A DNA stretch of 64,000 bases, counting the filler, from Dirinaria sp. TL-2023a (taxonomy: Eukaryota), in the NCBI GenBank assembly GCA_051941275.1. It is 5 parts of 5 records of this genome, joined end to end, with 100 filler letters (N's around TTAATTAATTAA, not from the genome) between each part and the next. Parts side by side here need not be neighbours in the genome. Positions count along the whole stretch, not along the records: positions 1 to 12,935 come from JAVEBF010000726.1; positions 13,036 to 25,957 come from JAVEBF010000727.1; 3 more parts are not named here. One strand, written 5' to 3'. Positions 1 to 13,048 of the stretch are shown in pieces. The position numbers and the translations under genes are program-made. Within the stretch, counting starts at the first letter, position 1. Every line of letters begins with the position of its first letter. The notes below the pieces were generated by a model. The model made no database searches and was not told the origin of the DNA. It worked only from the letters and a program-made list of their open reading frames with translations.

Positions 1-1487
1 CGAGAGAGAGAGAGCGCAGAATGCGCAGTGATCCTTTAGCTCCTCGGCATAACTTCGGAGTTGAGATACTCTAAAGCAGGAGAGCAGTCCCCTAGGAGCC
101 TCGGAGCCTCGGTCCTGGGACGGCGCTAGGGCACTGTTACCCGATGATGTGCAAGTTGACCAACAAGCACCGGAAGCCATCAAATCTATCCTAACGAACA
201 GTGCAGAGAATAAGCAAGCGCTCTTGGAAGACATGTGTCCCACTCGCTAAGCTAAGACAGACTGGTATACCACACAGTACCCGTCTGCTATGGAATCGCT
301 CTCTCGAGTCGCCTAAGTCTTGCAATCTTTGAACGTGTATATTGAAAAGCTGATATATCGCTCGCAATCCGGGATATGAGCTCTTCTATCAGCACTAGTG
401 AGAGTCCTAGGAGTATCTCCTTGCGGGGATTCGCCGGTTAAGGCAACGGTACTTTATAAACTTCTGAGCAAGTCGTTGTAATACCATTATTAGCTGCAAT
501 GGAAAATTTAGAAAGCTAACATCGATAGCTCAGATACGATATATACATTATGTGTAGGTCCTTTGTTAGGTGAACCGCATGCCATCTATACCTCCTGTAT
601 AACATGGCGTTAGTGTCGGGAAATTTGCATATGACAAGAACATCGCTGCTTATAGTCATATACTCAGCCTCCTCAATCATTGAGAGCGCCAGTTGAATAT
701 TAGATTCAATCAGTACTTGTTTCATATTAAAATACACAAGATCTCCCTGTTTTGGGTCACAAAGTCAAGAAGTGCGCACTCACAAAATCGATAAACCTAC
801 CATGTTAGCTCAGAATTTCAAACGGCTCAGTCTTGAGACAGGGTGCCCCTTCTCTGATCAATACTGCGAGGTTCGTTTGAGCCTACGTTGAGCCATTTTC
901 TGGGAATCTTGTTCCACAGAGACCCATAGTTGCTGCCATACAGGCAAAACACACAGCTTACAACTTGTACAAACGTTCCTCAAATCACTCGACATTTCCC
1001 AAGCTGCCGCTTCTAAAGCTGGCCAAATGTGCACGATAAGCACGAAATGGACCATCATAGGTCCGAATACCCTAGTATGCAAGTATTTCAACAAACAACG
1101 GCGTCCTAGGTATGTATGCTCCTACAGGGTGGCCCCAGTCCAGCATTGTGGAATCGCGCTGGATATCCGTAGCATCTAGAGTGAAACCACTCTTGCTATG
1201 TTGAATTGGAATAATGACGTTCTTGAACGTTCTCGACTTAGTTAGATCTTTATTAGGAATCGATGGAATGCTAGTTGTGCGGCTGTAGCGCTTCCTGGGG
1301 CATTATTGATTGAGACATGTGAAAGAGTCAGAAGCATATATGCGTGAAATATGAGTGAAGCAAATAATTCAAAACAAGCTAATCTATTTAAGACAGGATC
1401 GCATGCCAAATTCTACCAAGAAAAGCACGCTTTTGTAAGATCGGTATCCTGGGCTCATCCGCCGCCATAAATCGCAACCGTGGTTTA

Positions 1488-2295
1488 CTAGAGTCCCCAC
1501 CTCCTTGGGCGTGGTCCGTTAGCCTTCGTTACAGTCGTCCATTGAGAGTCGCCCGCAGCGTCTGTCTGGTAGGCGCCGGGGCCACCGACTTGTGAGTAGT
1601 GGCCAGGATTTGGGAAGTTGGGAGGATATGGTCTTGAGTCGGGCATGTATCCATTGGTGGGTTCGTTGCCGTAAAGGTCCATTACTGGCCTTGGGGGATT
1701 GGCGCTGGAAAGACAGGGTGAGTGCGTAGTCAAGAAGGTAAGCGAAAGACTTACGAAGCATATTTCGCATGCTTGTCTCGCACTCCATACATTCTGTGAG
1801 ACTCATCGTAATGGTCTTCAACGAATTGGTGGTGCTTGATAGTACTCTTCAAGCTGCGGTACATAAAGGGATGTTCTTGAAGTGCCCTTTCCCTTGCACT
1901 TCCATTCCTAGAACATTTGATCAATATTGGCAATGTCTTTGTCTGCTGACTTACCTAAATTCAGCTTCTCCAACGTCGTGGGCCATGTCACGAAGTTGGA
2001 GATGGCCTTCAGGCAAGATTCCCGCGGATGTCCCTATGTAGTACTCTTACTCTACCTGTGGCCTAGCTTGAACTATGGCTTCTTGCTCCGCATAGCTATT
2101 CGTGTACGTCTCTCTTACTGCGTCGTTATAGCTTGAGGCCCGCTTATACTGGTCATACACTGCGTTTGCCTCGTAAGGATCTTGACCTTTCGTAACGCCC
2201 CTATACCTCGCCGCCCGTTGGATATCATAGTGATAGGGGCTGTGCGCAGGCAGTGGATTATCGTGCCGAAAACGCTGAGCCTCTGAAGATCGCAT
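1488..2295 (-). pseudogene. Three-exon hypothetical protein gene interrupted by one in-frame TAA
   Basis: From ATG 2295 (MRSSEAQRFRHD...) the frame continues past TAA 2049-2047 (…PQVE*EYYIGTSAG…GEAEFR) to a GTAAGT donor near 1954. Two canonical introns join it in phase to the ORFs 1751-1933 and 1488-1733, ending at TAG 1488. Confidence 0.55.
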
Positions 2296-3331
2296 ACTGT
2301 TTGGAGTCTGCGATATTGCTGATTGAGAATGCTTCGCTATAGTACTGAGGTTGGAGAACTTGGTATGGAGTACTGCTGCAAAACTCAAGAAAGGCCATAG
2401 ATTTTATAGTACATAGTTGGCAAGAATGACTCATGAGCGTAGACATTGAGTCTTTCGAACAAGTAGATCGAGTCAAGATATCAAAATAAGGTACTTCCAT
2501 TTTTGATGTGTCTTTCAATAAAATTAGCTGCGTAAGATGTAATGACGCCTACGCGATTGATAGTCATATAAGCAAGGGAAGCCTTCACCATTCGAGAACT
2601 GGCTCATAAATAAAAGTTAATGAGCTTTCAGTCTATATTAGCTCAAAATAAGCCAGCCAAGCTAATATACATTCTTTTTCAGCATGAGCGGCATAAAGTT
2701 ACTAGATATACTGAAGTATCCAGATTGCGAATGTTGGTATTAAGTATGAATATTATACTAGCAATCGATACTCGTTTGGATTGCTATAGAAGTACTTAAT
2801 GAGATAATAAGTCTAGGATGTTGGAATTGTGGTTTTGGGCATCTAAATGAGCCAATTCCATTCCCGAAGTTGCACAGATCGCCACGTTTCCACAACTGAT
2901 TTTCGGGAAAACAATAGTGTATTTGTCTAGGGAAATATGTGTCATTTGGTAGGACAGCAAACCTCCGAAAGATATTCCTCATCTTACTCAAATCCGAGCA
3001 GGCGCAAGACTCAATGAAGAGAAGTTTCGGAATGCTCTATTGCAGTAACTAAACCCTGGAGGCAATCCACATATTCGAGTCACAAGCTGTGGCAACACGT
3101 CCGTTATAGTATGAAGAAATTGAGGCGGCAGTAACGAGCCCATAACACCATGCCAAGCTTTTCTGAGGAACTAGAGACTTTCAACCACATTTAGACTCAT
3201 TTTGAATCCCCACTTCCGAGAACCTCGACACTCTCCTCACTTTTAAATCTACGCGCACCCCCAAACTGAGCACGTATTACTCGCTGAAGAAAGACACTTT
3301 CAAGCAGGCCTTCCACAACAGATAATTCGCT

Positions 3332-4740
3332 ATGGCGGAAATAGCTACCGTACGATGCTCATCTCGACTGGAGCTCCTTCAACCAGAAATCCAAACTTTA
3401 ATCATGCGCAACATGCCTGAAGTCACAGCACTCCATTCTCTCCTGCATGCTTCACCCCGCTTCTACCAGGTTTTTCGATCTAGGAGAGATTATCACCTTA
3501 CCGAGTTGGCATGTTGGCAGTTCACCTACGATGTGTTCCCCCTTGCATGCGATACGATTAGAGTCTCAAATATGCCTAAACCCATGTGTCGAGAGAGAAT
3601 TAGGGAGTTTCTGCATACCTACTTGGAGAATAAAGAGCACTTTGAAGTCATTTTACCGCCGTCGACGACAATACCTATGATCAGACTGGGGACTCGTATT
3701 CAGTGGTTTGCCAACGACTTCACAAGCAAAACCCTCGAAAATCTAGCCCAGCTAGGTGTCTCGCTTAGCTTACAACAAGACCATGAGCTGCTGCATTCAT
3801 CGCTTTCGCTTACCGAGCTGGGACGCCTTCAAAGAGCCTTTTGTCGATTTGAAACTTATCGGCACTTGTTCTCACCAGACCTCTTGATAGAGCCTTTTGG
3901 CGAAACAATCTTGTCGGCGAACGAGCAGGCACACGCGTTTCTCGAAGAATTTGATGCGGAGGAGGTCGAAGAGATAGCATGTGTCAGGGACTATATCGTC
4001 CGCCGGCTCTGGCACATATTCGACATGATGGAAGACAAATTCGTCGCAGGAGAGCCTCCCAAACTGGATCAGCATGCCGAACCGTATTATGAACATTGGT
4101 ATAGCGAGAGGGGCAAATATGCGCATGATAACCACGTGGAACGACTGATGTCTCATGGCCTGGACTTCTTACGGGAGGTCTTCACTGCCGATATCGAGCA
4201 TTCCACAGCCCTCATACTTTCAAATAGGCTCGATATAGGTGCTTATCTGTCAAAAGCGCTACAGATAAGACTTAGAATGGACAAAGAATCTATCAAGGCT
4301 CTATCGATACGAATGAAGTCAACTCCTTTGAAGTTCCTCGGAGATGACCTGCTAGAGTCAAGCATTGGTTGGCTTTGGGGACATGATTGGAAACCCAAGT
4401 TGGTATCTGCGGAGCCCCAGTTGAAGGGACTGAGGGACTGGGGATATGTATTTTGGGACAAGCGGAGGATAGATGCTTCAGGCGTTCTAGATCGCTGGTA
4501 AATTCTCATATCGTGTCTCATTTGGTTTAAACCGCACTAAGAAAAACAAACAGGTCTTACGAGGTCAAGCCGTACCGCTTTGGCGACTGGTACCGCACTG
4601 AGGAACCCTCCGCTATGGATCGCTTGAAAAACACCCAGGTAAGCTCACTTGAAATATCAGCAACACAGCGCTAACCAATATCCTAGACATTACGCATGTA
4701 TAATTCATTTCAGAAAAAGCCCCAGCACGACATATGGTAA
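3332..4740 (+). CDS. F-box-like domain hypothetical protein
   Basis: 389-aa ORF with an N-terminal LELLQPEIQTLIMRNMP..LHSLLHASP F-box-like motif plus ELGRLQRAFCRFE and LRDWGYVFWD motifs typical of this fungal family. Introns near 4498-4553 and 4639-4686; stop TAA at 4738-4740. Confidence 0.7.
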
Positions 4741-7527
4741 TAGTCTCTCGCAGCCTTGTGCGGAGGGACTTAGTATCCCTTATTATTGATTGTACAAGAA
4801 GAATAGCTTACCTCCTTTGCATGTTTTTTATTTTTTATTTTTGTTTTTTGAGAATATTACTCCTAGAGTCAATAGCCAGAGATTGCGTGAAGATGCAGGC
4901 TTAATTAGGTAGTGACATTGCCCATCTCATTCAAGAGAGCTCGTCGTAAATGAATCCACAGTTTCATACTTGAGTAACTACCAAATAGCGAGTAATTAGT
5001 CTTCTATCAGACGGTACCTTTTCGCGAGGATAGAACGAGCCAGCAAGTAGCAAACATGTTAAATCCAGCCATTTAAGAACATCTTAATATTTCAATTTAG
5101 GATAGAATGATCACTATCGATAGCGGTCATTGTTGATTCTTTGAAGAGATCTTGTACTGAGATCGGCAACTTAATAGGAACAACTAACAGATCTTGATAC
5201 AGCGATCGAAGTCAATGATTACGAGACATATCCTTCGCCCCTCGCTATATTTCCTGATACGCATGCGTCCATCCATCATAGAATGGTTTTGGCGCTTCTG
5301 GGCTTACTACTTATCCGGACTTTTTTTATTTAATGTCTTCGTTTTGCAGATTTTCGACTCCATCTTTCTCAAGAGTATAATCTAAGGCCTCTTGCTCTTC
5401 TCACTGGAGTCTGGCTGAGCGTAACGAGAACGTGGCCGCGCAGCTTCGCCGTTTGTCAGCGCGCCACGACTAAATATAGAAATCCATAAGGCTTGAGATT
5501 GGGGGAATGAGATCCTTGTCATATAGTTTTGTGGCAAAGATCCATGCAGCACCCCTACCGCATAGTAAGCCCAATGATAACAATGAGGTATTTGGATATC
5601 AGAATGTATGTGTAAGCACAGAGTCCAAGGACGTTGAGGTAAATCGGTTCATCGATGGGTAGAACCTACATTCATATAGAACTCTACATTTGCCCACAAG
5701 ATTATCATACATCAAGGGAATTTATGAAAGAACACTGTGATAGGAAGGTGAATGAACCTTCAACACATGCTGACAAAATCTTCCTAATTGCAACAGTAAT
5801 GACTGAAGGATTCTATGACTTACCCTCATTCGTAACTACTCCCTGATCTCTCATTTATTGATGTAAAGACGTTGTATAGCTCTTGCTTTCATACCATTAG
5901 CTGTAAAAGACGAGAAGCACATCTCTAGAAGGTTCGTCGAGGAGCCTATGGGAGCCAACCACTTTAAATGATTATGTTCTTCGGATATAACATCAGTAAC
6001 AGCGAGACCCATGATAAGGAAAACTTAGTAGCAAGTAGAATCAATAGAGAATGGTGCCCGCTATCAAACCCAACACTGAGAACTTGTCGAGGGCTCTCTG
6101 GTGTCGTAGTCTTGAATCGTCAATTGTACCGTGGTAAAGAATCAAACACTAAATAGGTTCCCTCTGAGTTCTAAAGGCGTTTAAGAAACCATTAATACTG
6201 TGAAATCGGTCTTTTGCTGAGGGTGAGGGTAGTCTTATTATCGAAAGAGGGGTAATGACTCAACTAGCTGTACTGACTAGGGCAATAAGATAGACACAGA
6301 GGAGGTTGAAGACAAATATACACTCCATCACTTAATTGCAAGTCAGTCAAGGGAAGAGATATTGAGGGAAGGCCCTTGTATGCGTCGGTAGATATCATTA
6401 CTAGTATCCAGCACGTCATGAGCACGTGCTGTAGATAAAGATCTGACATGAACTCGTTTGTACAAGATTGGGGATTGATCGCGATTTCACTGGTACTTGT
6501 CTTCGAAAAACGCGTAAAGGTGACCGTCAAGATGAAGACCTGTTTGAACACATAAATGTCTCTTTACTTTGAAGTTCACTTACTTTGATTCCGAATTAAA
6601 TGTCGATGGGCAGAACAATCTGTGACAGTTGAGAAAAGATTGTACAAAACCAGTATATTCCTTTCGAGAGGCTCGATAGAGAGTAGCCGCAGATGGTGTT
6701 GTAGCAGGCGGCTTATCGCATCCCTGATTTGCGATAGAAGCCTTGAGCTGTTTCTACGACGGGCTCATGCGTTTTTCCTCACTTGTTCTTTCGCTTGGCA
6801 AACACCCAACAAACATCCACCCCTCAAAAGATGTTCTGCATTTGTCATGCATGCGAGCATCCTCAGGGAATCGTCTCTTTGTAACTAGAGATATATGCAG
6901 CTAACATAGGATACAGTTGAAGCCTCAAGTTTTTCAGTCTAGTAAATCCAACGGTGCTTAATTGCTGTCGCTAGTAAGCGCTGTTCCAAAATCTCGAATA
7001 CCAGCAGATGCTGAAGAAAGTATAATCAGTCTCGAGATGAATTGCGCGAGCCGGAGATTTGATGGAAGCTTTGCCGGGGCTGTCCTGTTGTAAGGTTGTA
7101 AGTCACAGTGATCTAGGCTTGCAGCCAGCAGCGGAATCCAAACAGAAGCCTCGAAGCGATTTCATTTGGACTTTCGCTTTTCTAGCGTCTTGGCATGTTT
7201 ATCTTACGTAAGATTGAAAATTCGTTTCAGGATTACTGTTCCGCGTCATTAATTTCCAACACTTTTCACATCTGTTCACTTCTTTTTTTATCGCATTTTG
7301 GAGTCTCTACATCACCAGAGCTCCTTGAAATCCTCTTAGCGACCAGTAAAGACATTTCTCTTGGGCGTAAGCGGGATACAGCTACTAAATCGACGAGAAT
7401 GGCGATTTTTTGCCCGTATGCAAAGCAGAAGACGATAGCATAACAGCTCTTACCAGCACCAAGGTACTAACAATCCAGAAGTGACGGAAGAGCTGGGTGA
7501 TGAGCACAGTTCCAAGGCTGACTCATC

Positions 7528-8962
7528 ATGCAGTTCAAATGCGACAGTATGCCCAGTCTCCCAATTGAAGAACCGGCAATAAAGACGGATATAACGAATT
7601 TAAGATCCAATTTGCTAGATACCGATATCAAAGTTAACGTCGGAGCTTGGCAGAATATAGTATTTACCATGATCAAATCATGCGACAACATGATTTGGAA
7701 AATTACATCTCGGTCATTAAAGACTGGATTAAAAAACTTAGCATTCCGGAAAAGGCAAATTAATAAAAAGCAGTCATACAGGAATAGTGCTATGTATCTT
7801 GCTTGGTATCAAATTGGGAGACTTGCTTCAAGAATATCTCTGACCGGGCCGCACATTTGAAGGAGGAGCCATAGAACAACGGATGTACCGACGTGAAAGA
7901 CTCAGACCGTCAGTATGCTAGTAATAAAGAAGCTATGATACGCAATTAGGAGAGATACCAAACAGAATAATCGCAAGAATGGCACCAAGGTCAAGTCGGA
8001 CTATCAGACTCCGAAGAAGAAATGCCACGCTGCAGGAAGAAGACTCACTTTGAAGAGACATGCAATAAAAATCCCCACAGTCTACGGCCAGCTAATAAGG
8101 ACGGCGAGGACGATCAAAGAAAAGTGAATCCGACCCAGCTTCAGCTAATCAGATTCTAGCGGAATTCTCGGCGGTATATTCTTCCGACAGGAGGAGCTTT
8201 GGGCATCAGAAAGGACTCATGATTCTTTACTGACTCAACATGTTCAGATCCCGTGACCCGCCCAACCACAAGGTCGATTCCGTCACTCATATACCTTCTA
8301 CACTAGAGCACCCCATTTTTATTGAAGCACGAGGAAACTGGATCAGAATATTGTGGAGAGGCTTTCGATGCTTCATGGGACGGGCATTGGCAGAATTCAT
8401 GTACACTGATTTAGACCTCGCCGGCGCCGGAGGTCACTATCCAGAAAGCAAAACCTGCATCAAAAATGCTGCGCCTAGTCCCAAGAATCTCTCTCTACTT
8501 ATGCGACTAGTATCTAGGGTGAGTGGGTTGGAATGCGAGTGCTTCTGCAACGCGATATCGAATACAATATCGAAACAGGCGATGTTGGAGCAATCGTGAA
8601 AGTTATAGGAGGTGCTGGAATACACTGCTAGAAAGTCTTGCCAGAAATCCTTCCAAACCGCGTCGCACAGGCATACGCATATTAAGAAAGTCCCGAACAC
8701 AATGCCGAGCATCGGTCAGTCGGAGTTGGTCACTTACCTATATGCATACAATGGTAGATGCGTGCCAGAAGTCCCGACAGTAAATGCAATATACCAATAC
8801 ATACGCAAAGGCGATCGCGTACCTGCGGTGGCGAAAATTTCCATTTACCAACATATGCTTGATGGCATCGATGATTTATATGCCCATACGAGCTACAGTG
8901 GGATCAGTCGCTTTAAAGTGCACATACGAGGTGCCATCAATGACTCCGACGACCTAGGTTAG
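7528..8962 (+). pseudogene. Degraded coding region of unknown family
   Basis: ORFs 8240-8599 and 8612-8962 share a frame and are separated only by TGA/TAG (tcg TGA aag tta TAG gag). The upstream part (7528-8240) also reads as protein-like sequence broken by TAG/TAA and frameshifts. Confidence 0.4.
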
Positions 8963-9009
8963 AACATCTAGGCCCACCCCCCCCACAACAAGCTAGGCAC
9001 TGAGGTGTG

Positions 9010-9406
9010 CGGGGTTAGGACACACACAAGGCAGGGCACAGGATGATGGTGTCAATCGGCACTGGTACCGATAGCTCTCTAAGATCGAATCACATCCAGT
9101 GAAGCACTTCAAGGGAGCCACTGCTGGCAATAGTTCGTTCGTGAGCTGATATGGCAGGGCTCTCACCTCTCCCGGTTACGGGTTTGTGGGCGTTGAATTC
9201 GCCAGCTTGCTGATAAGTCTTTTCACACTCTCAAAGTGAAGCGTATATGTCTTTGGCTTGGGATGTCGATGTGATGCTAAGGTGCGATTCCTGGATCGGA
9301 TTCGGACGGACGATCTGCCAAAGCTGCTTTTGCAGGTACTGCACTTGGAACGAGCGGCGCTGGAATGGAGAAGACGATAGCGTAGGTCTGGCCTAAAATT
9401 TCCCAT
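9010..9406 (-). pseudogene. Possible relic of a multi-finger C2H2 zinc-finger gene
   Basis: Fragments in different frames: KCSTCKSSFGRSS, ECEKTYQQAGEFNAHK, PLKCFTGC and CVCPNP, with a GTGAGA..CAG intron-like segment between them. Confidence 0.3.
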
Positions 9407-11572
9407 AATCCTCCAATGCAGATTTCCTATATCTACTACTTACATTACTGATGTTTTCAACCCTAACTTTAAATTTGCGAAGAATACGTTTCCATATGAG
9501 TCAAGAAAGATAGATAATAAAAAGAAGGGACAAGTTACGAAGACAGAAGTCATACTAGGTACTCGAAATGCCTAGGACCCAAACCTGAAGAAGAACCGGG
9601 CTCGAAAGATGAATTTCCTTCGAATTTCGTCTGCGCATTCGCTCTCAAATGAGATAACCCAACTTCTGGAAAGTATTTATCAGCACTAGAACGCCAGCCA
9701 TAAGATAAAACAGCGACCCCAACGCCACTGTTGAACTTTTTGCGCCCTGTTCGGCACCTCTTCGCACTTCCAAGCCTTTCGAATTTAATGCATCCGCTGA
9801 CCTCGCCCTAATGCACGTGGACATTGAGCTTGGGCTAGAGGAATGAGCATTATGTAGCTCTTCCAGCTTCCAGATTTGAATTTCCGGAATCGAGCAGTGT
9901 CAATCCTAACGAGAGCTATCTCCACTGATTCTAAGACCGGCTTTTTGATCAGATGAGAGCTTCGATCTTCTGCAGACTCAGGCAGGTCGGTAAGGGAGGC
10001 AAGACTCGAAGCTCGATTCGTCGCCATTCCCTGCAGAGTCTCTTTGTTAAAGTGACTCTCGTGATGCTCAGAATGCCGATTTTTCCGCGGGAAGCCATCG
10101 CATTTTGGCACACATTCGACGCCAATCCCTTCTACAGTCCTGAAATCGTATTTTAGTTCGACGAGACTCATGAACCCGGAACCCCAGCAACTCGCATGGG
10201 CGCGGTTCAATATGCACGTCTCTTGATAGAACCACTGCTAGACTGAACACATTACGGGTCAGCGGCACATTTGGTTAGATACTCAGACCCTAGCGCCGGT
10301 CATTGGTAAGAGAAGATCTCAGATGTAGGCAGGTATGAGTCGCTTCTTCGCTCAATTTGCTAAGGACCAAGACTTCCCCGAATCAAATTCTCTCCAACCG
10401 AATTTGTAAGTCCCATCAAATTTCCCACGATCGAAGAGGAATCATTTTTACCATCTCTTCTCCTCAGAATGATGATACAGGCTTTCAAAAGGACTTGAGG
10501 ATTTCTTATGATTTGGGGCATGGAGAAGTCTCCGGCACGTACTATTTCGTAAGAAGACAAGCGAATGGCGCAATGCAAAACAAATTTAGCCCAGACCAAG
10601 TTCCTCTTTTGTCAGCACCATCCTCGAGCCACACCAAACACTACCGAATGTGTCACACCCACTTGTTCAAAACAGAAAAGTGTGCATCTTAAATCTTTGT
10701 TTCGGTGCCTTAGCTGGTTAAACCTCTGCCAAGGACCGCCACACCACGTCTTTGCCGATGCGTAGTCTAGCGCTACTTTAATTTGTCGTCAAATCTTCTG
10801 CTATGGCGACATACTCTCAATGATGCTCAATGCGTCCAGGTACTCTCGATGGACTGTGATGAGAATTGGAGTTCTTTGATGTGCAGTTCTTCTCGGTGGA
10901 CCAATCTAGGGTCGAAGCTACATCATCCAAGCGCTTTCATTGGTCTTCACGAGCTTTCGCGTTCGCAAATGTGCATGGGATCTTCTTTGCAGATCGATCT
11001 CCCGCCGCACATTAAATCCCTTCGCCCACCATCCCTGCATTGTGGTTCTCCGTCGTGCCGCTTATATGCAGCATCATTGGAGCAGCAAACTCTACAAGTG
11101 GTCAAGCTCGCTAAACATGCGGGTCTTCTCTAACGAGACTCTACCAGACTCTACCCGCCTCTACGGACTCGCCTTCCGAGTGCATATTGTAGAATGGTAA
11201 TGTGGTGAAAATTTCGAGCCACATGTACGAGCTGGACACATGGTTGGACACACATCATGACATAATAGTCATGAGGTAGTCTTCTAGAATTAGTGGAAGA
11301 ATCTAAGCAGGGACCTGAACTGATTCCATACTGAGCTCCTGTCGGCAATTCAACGTGACGAGGAATGGTGTTATGTCTTGTTGCAATAAATCATCGCAAT
11401 GACGTGCTGATGCTGAGTATGATTCAATGTGTGAAGAAGAGATTTATATATCAAGTTATATTGGCTCTTGTAAAACAAAAGAGAACTCTCGTTCTGACCC
11501 ACAGCAACATCTCTATCCTCGGGAAGATCAAATACTCCGGTACCTTCTAGTGCTCTAGGTCGATCATCAGAC

Positions 11573-12320
11573 ATGCAGCTCTTCACGAAGCTTATGCCAT
11601 TGGCACTCGCAACCCTTTCCGTTGCTCTTCCGGAACAGCTCAACAAGAGAGCAGACACTTCATACGATGATAATGTACGAATGGTCCCATGAATCAATTG
11701 TCTGATCCTCAGCTGACAATAAGCATAGTTTGATGACCTGAAAACCAGCGTTGCGACACCCCAGCTTTTCCCTGTGGGCCTATACCATGGCATACAATAC
11801 GGAGGCGTAGTTGTTCTGGTTAGGTTTCCGTTTTCTCTTCGTGTATCTTCACGAGGTTCAAGGGTCTGACACATGATTATAGCAACCCGTTCAGGGGGCG
11901 GCTAGCGTTGTTCCACATTCGCCGCCACATCAAGCCGGCGCCGCTGGTCCGATTGACACGCTCCAACTCGGCACCATCACTCTCAACACCTATGCTCAGC
12001 TCGTGAGAGGCCCAGGTGTAAAATCCTTCGACCTAAAAAGCCTCTATTTCGGCCTTGGTACCGATACAGGCAGCACCGCTGGCCTTGCCCAGGGCGGGAC
12101 AATTGCAGTTACAGGCTTCGACATCAACGACAAGCAGGTTCCGACTGTCAGTCTGTCCTATGCTCCGGAGGGGACTCTCAATCAGCCGCTGAAATTTGCG
12201 ACCTTTCCGGACACGTACAAGAACTTGAAGAACGTATCCATTGGTGTTGCCACCAGTTCACCGGTTACCGAGAGGACGTACATTGCTCTCGACGACGTGA
12301 AGCATATCAATCACTCTTGA
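11573..12320 (+). CDS. Small secreted protein (DUF7371-like)
   Basis: Signal peptide MQLFTKLMPLALATLSVA and a Kex2-like KR site. Introns 11675-11728 and ~11819-11882. Motifs FDDL, VPHSPP, FDLKSLYFG and IALDD. Confidence 0.75.
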
Positions 12321-12802
12321 GCAGTCGCACTATGGTATCAGCCGCCCTCTTTCCCCAAACCTGAGGTGGTTGGCAAGGCAGACAAGACAGGCATGCGATG
12401 GATCATGGACCAATCACCAAAATGCGTCTTTTTCTTCATTTAATCTTCGCGAGACTCACGCTCTTTAGGGCATTGTATACGCGGATGTGGGCTGCAGCCA
12501 TAATGAATATACAATGTTTTCAACTTGAAAAGGGATTCCACTTAGTAGAAAACGTGACAACCCCTTCTCTCCTATTGATTGTAGTATATCTTGATAGCAA
12601 ATCGAGGAAGCTTTGAAGCAAGATAAAAAAGGAGTGGATAGATCTCGACAGCTGAGTAAGTGCTTTGACATCAAGCGAGTCATGTTTATACACATAGAGG
12701 ATATTGACAGAGCGTTGTTACATGAGCGTGCACGTGTGCGTATGTGCATAAATGTGATAGATCAGTATGGGAACACGTCGCGGCGCAAAAAACTCTAACC
12801 AT

Positions 12803-12926
12803 AGTTCCAAGTGGTTTTGGGCCCAAATCCAATTCGGGGCCAATTCCGATTGGTCCGGACAGCTGAGTCATAGCCGCTTTCTGGTCCAAATCCAATTCGT
12901 TTTCGGGTCTAAATCCAATTGGAACT
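12803..12926. mobile_element. MITE-like element with imperfect terminal inverted repeats
   Basis: Left end AGTTCCAAGTGGTTTTGGGCCCAAA is an imperfect inverted repeat of right end TTCGGGTCTAAATCCAATTGGAACT. AAATCCAATT occurs three times, and the element sits at the contig end. Confidence 0.45.
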
Positions 12927-12935
12927 CTGCTAGCA

Positions 12936-13035
12936 NNNNNNNNNNNNNNNNNNNNNNNNNNNNNNNNNNNNNNNNNNNNTTAATTAATTAANNNNNNNNN
13001 NNNNNNNNNNNNNNNNNNNNNNNNNNNNNNNNNNN
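12936..13035. other. Artificial contig-joining spacer
   Basis: 44 N + TTAATTAATTAA (stops in all six frames) + 44 N. Confidence 0.97.
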
Positions 13036-13048
13036 TCTATACTGACAG

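Noticed and set aside
1..140. Possible LTR fragment at the window start
   Set aside because: There is no second copy, PBS/PPT or pol sequence in the window to support it.
12980..12991. TTAATTAATTAA repeated at ~13-kb spacing as a biological repeat or piggyBac site
   Set aside because: It is always centred in 44+44 N, so it is an artificial six-frame stop linker.
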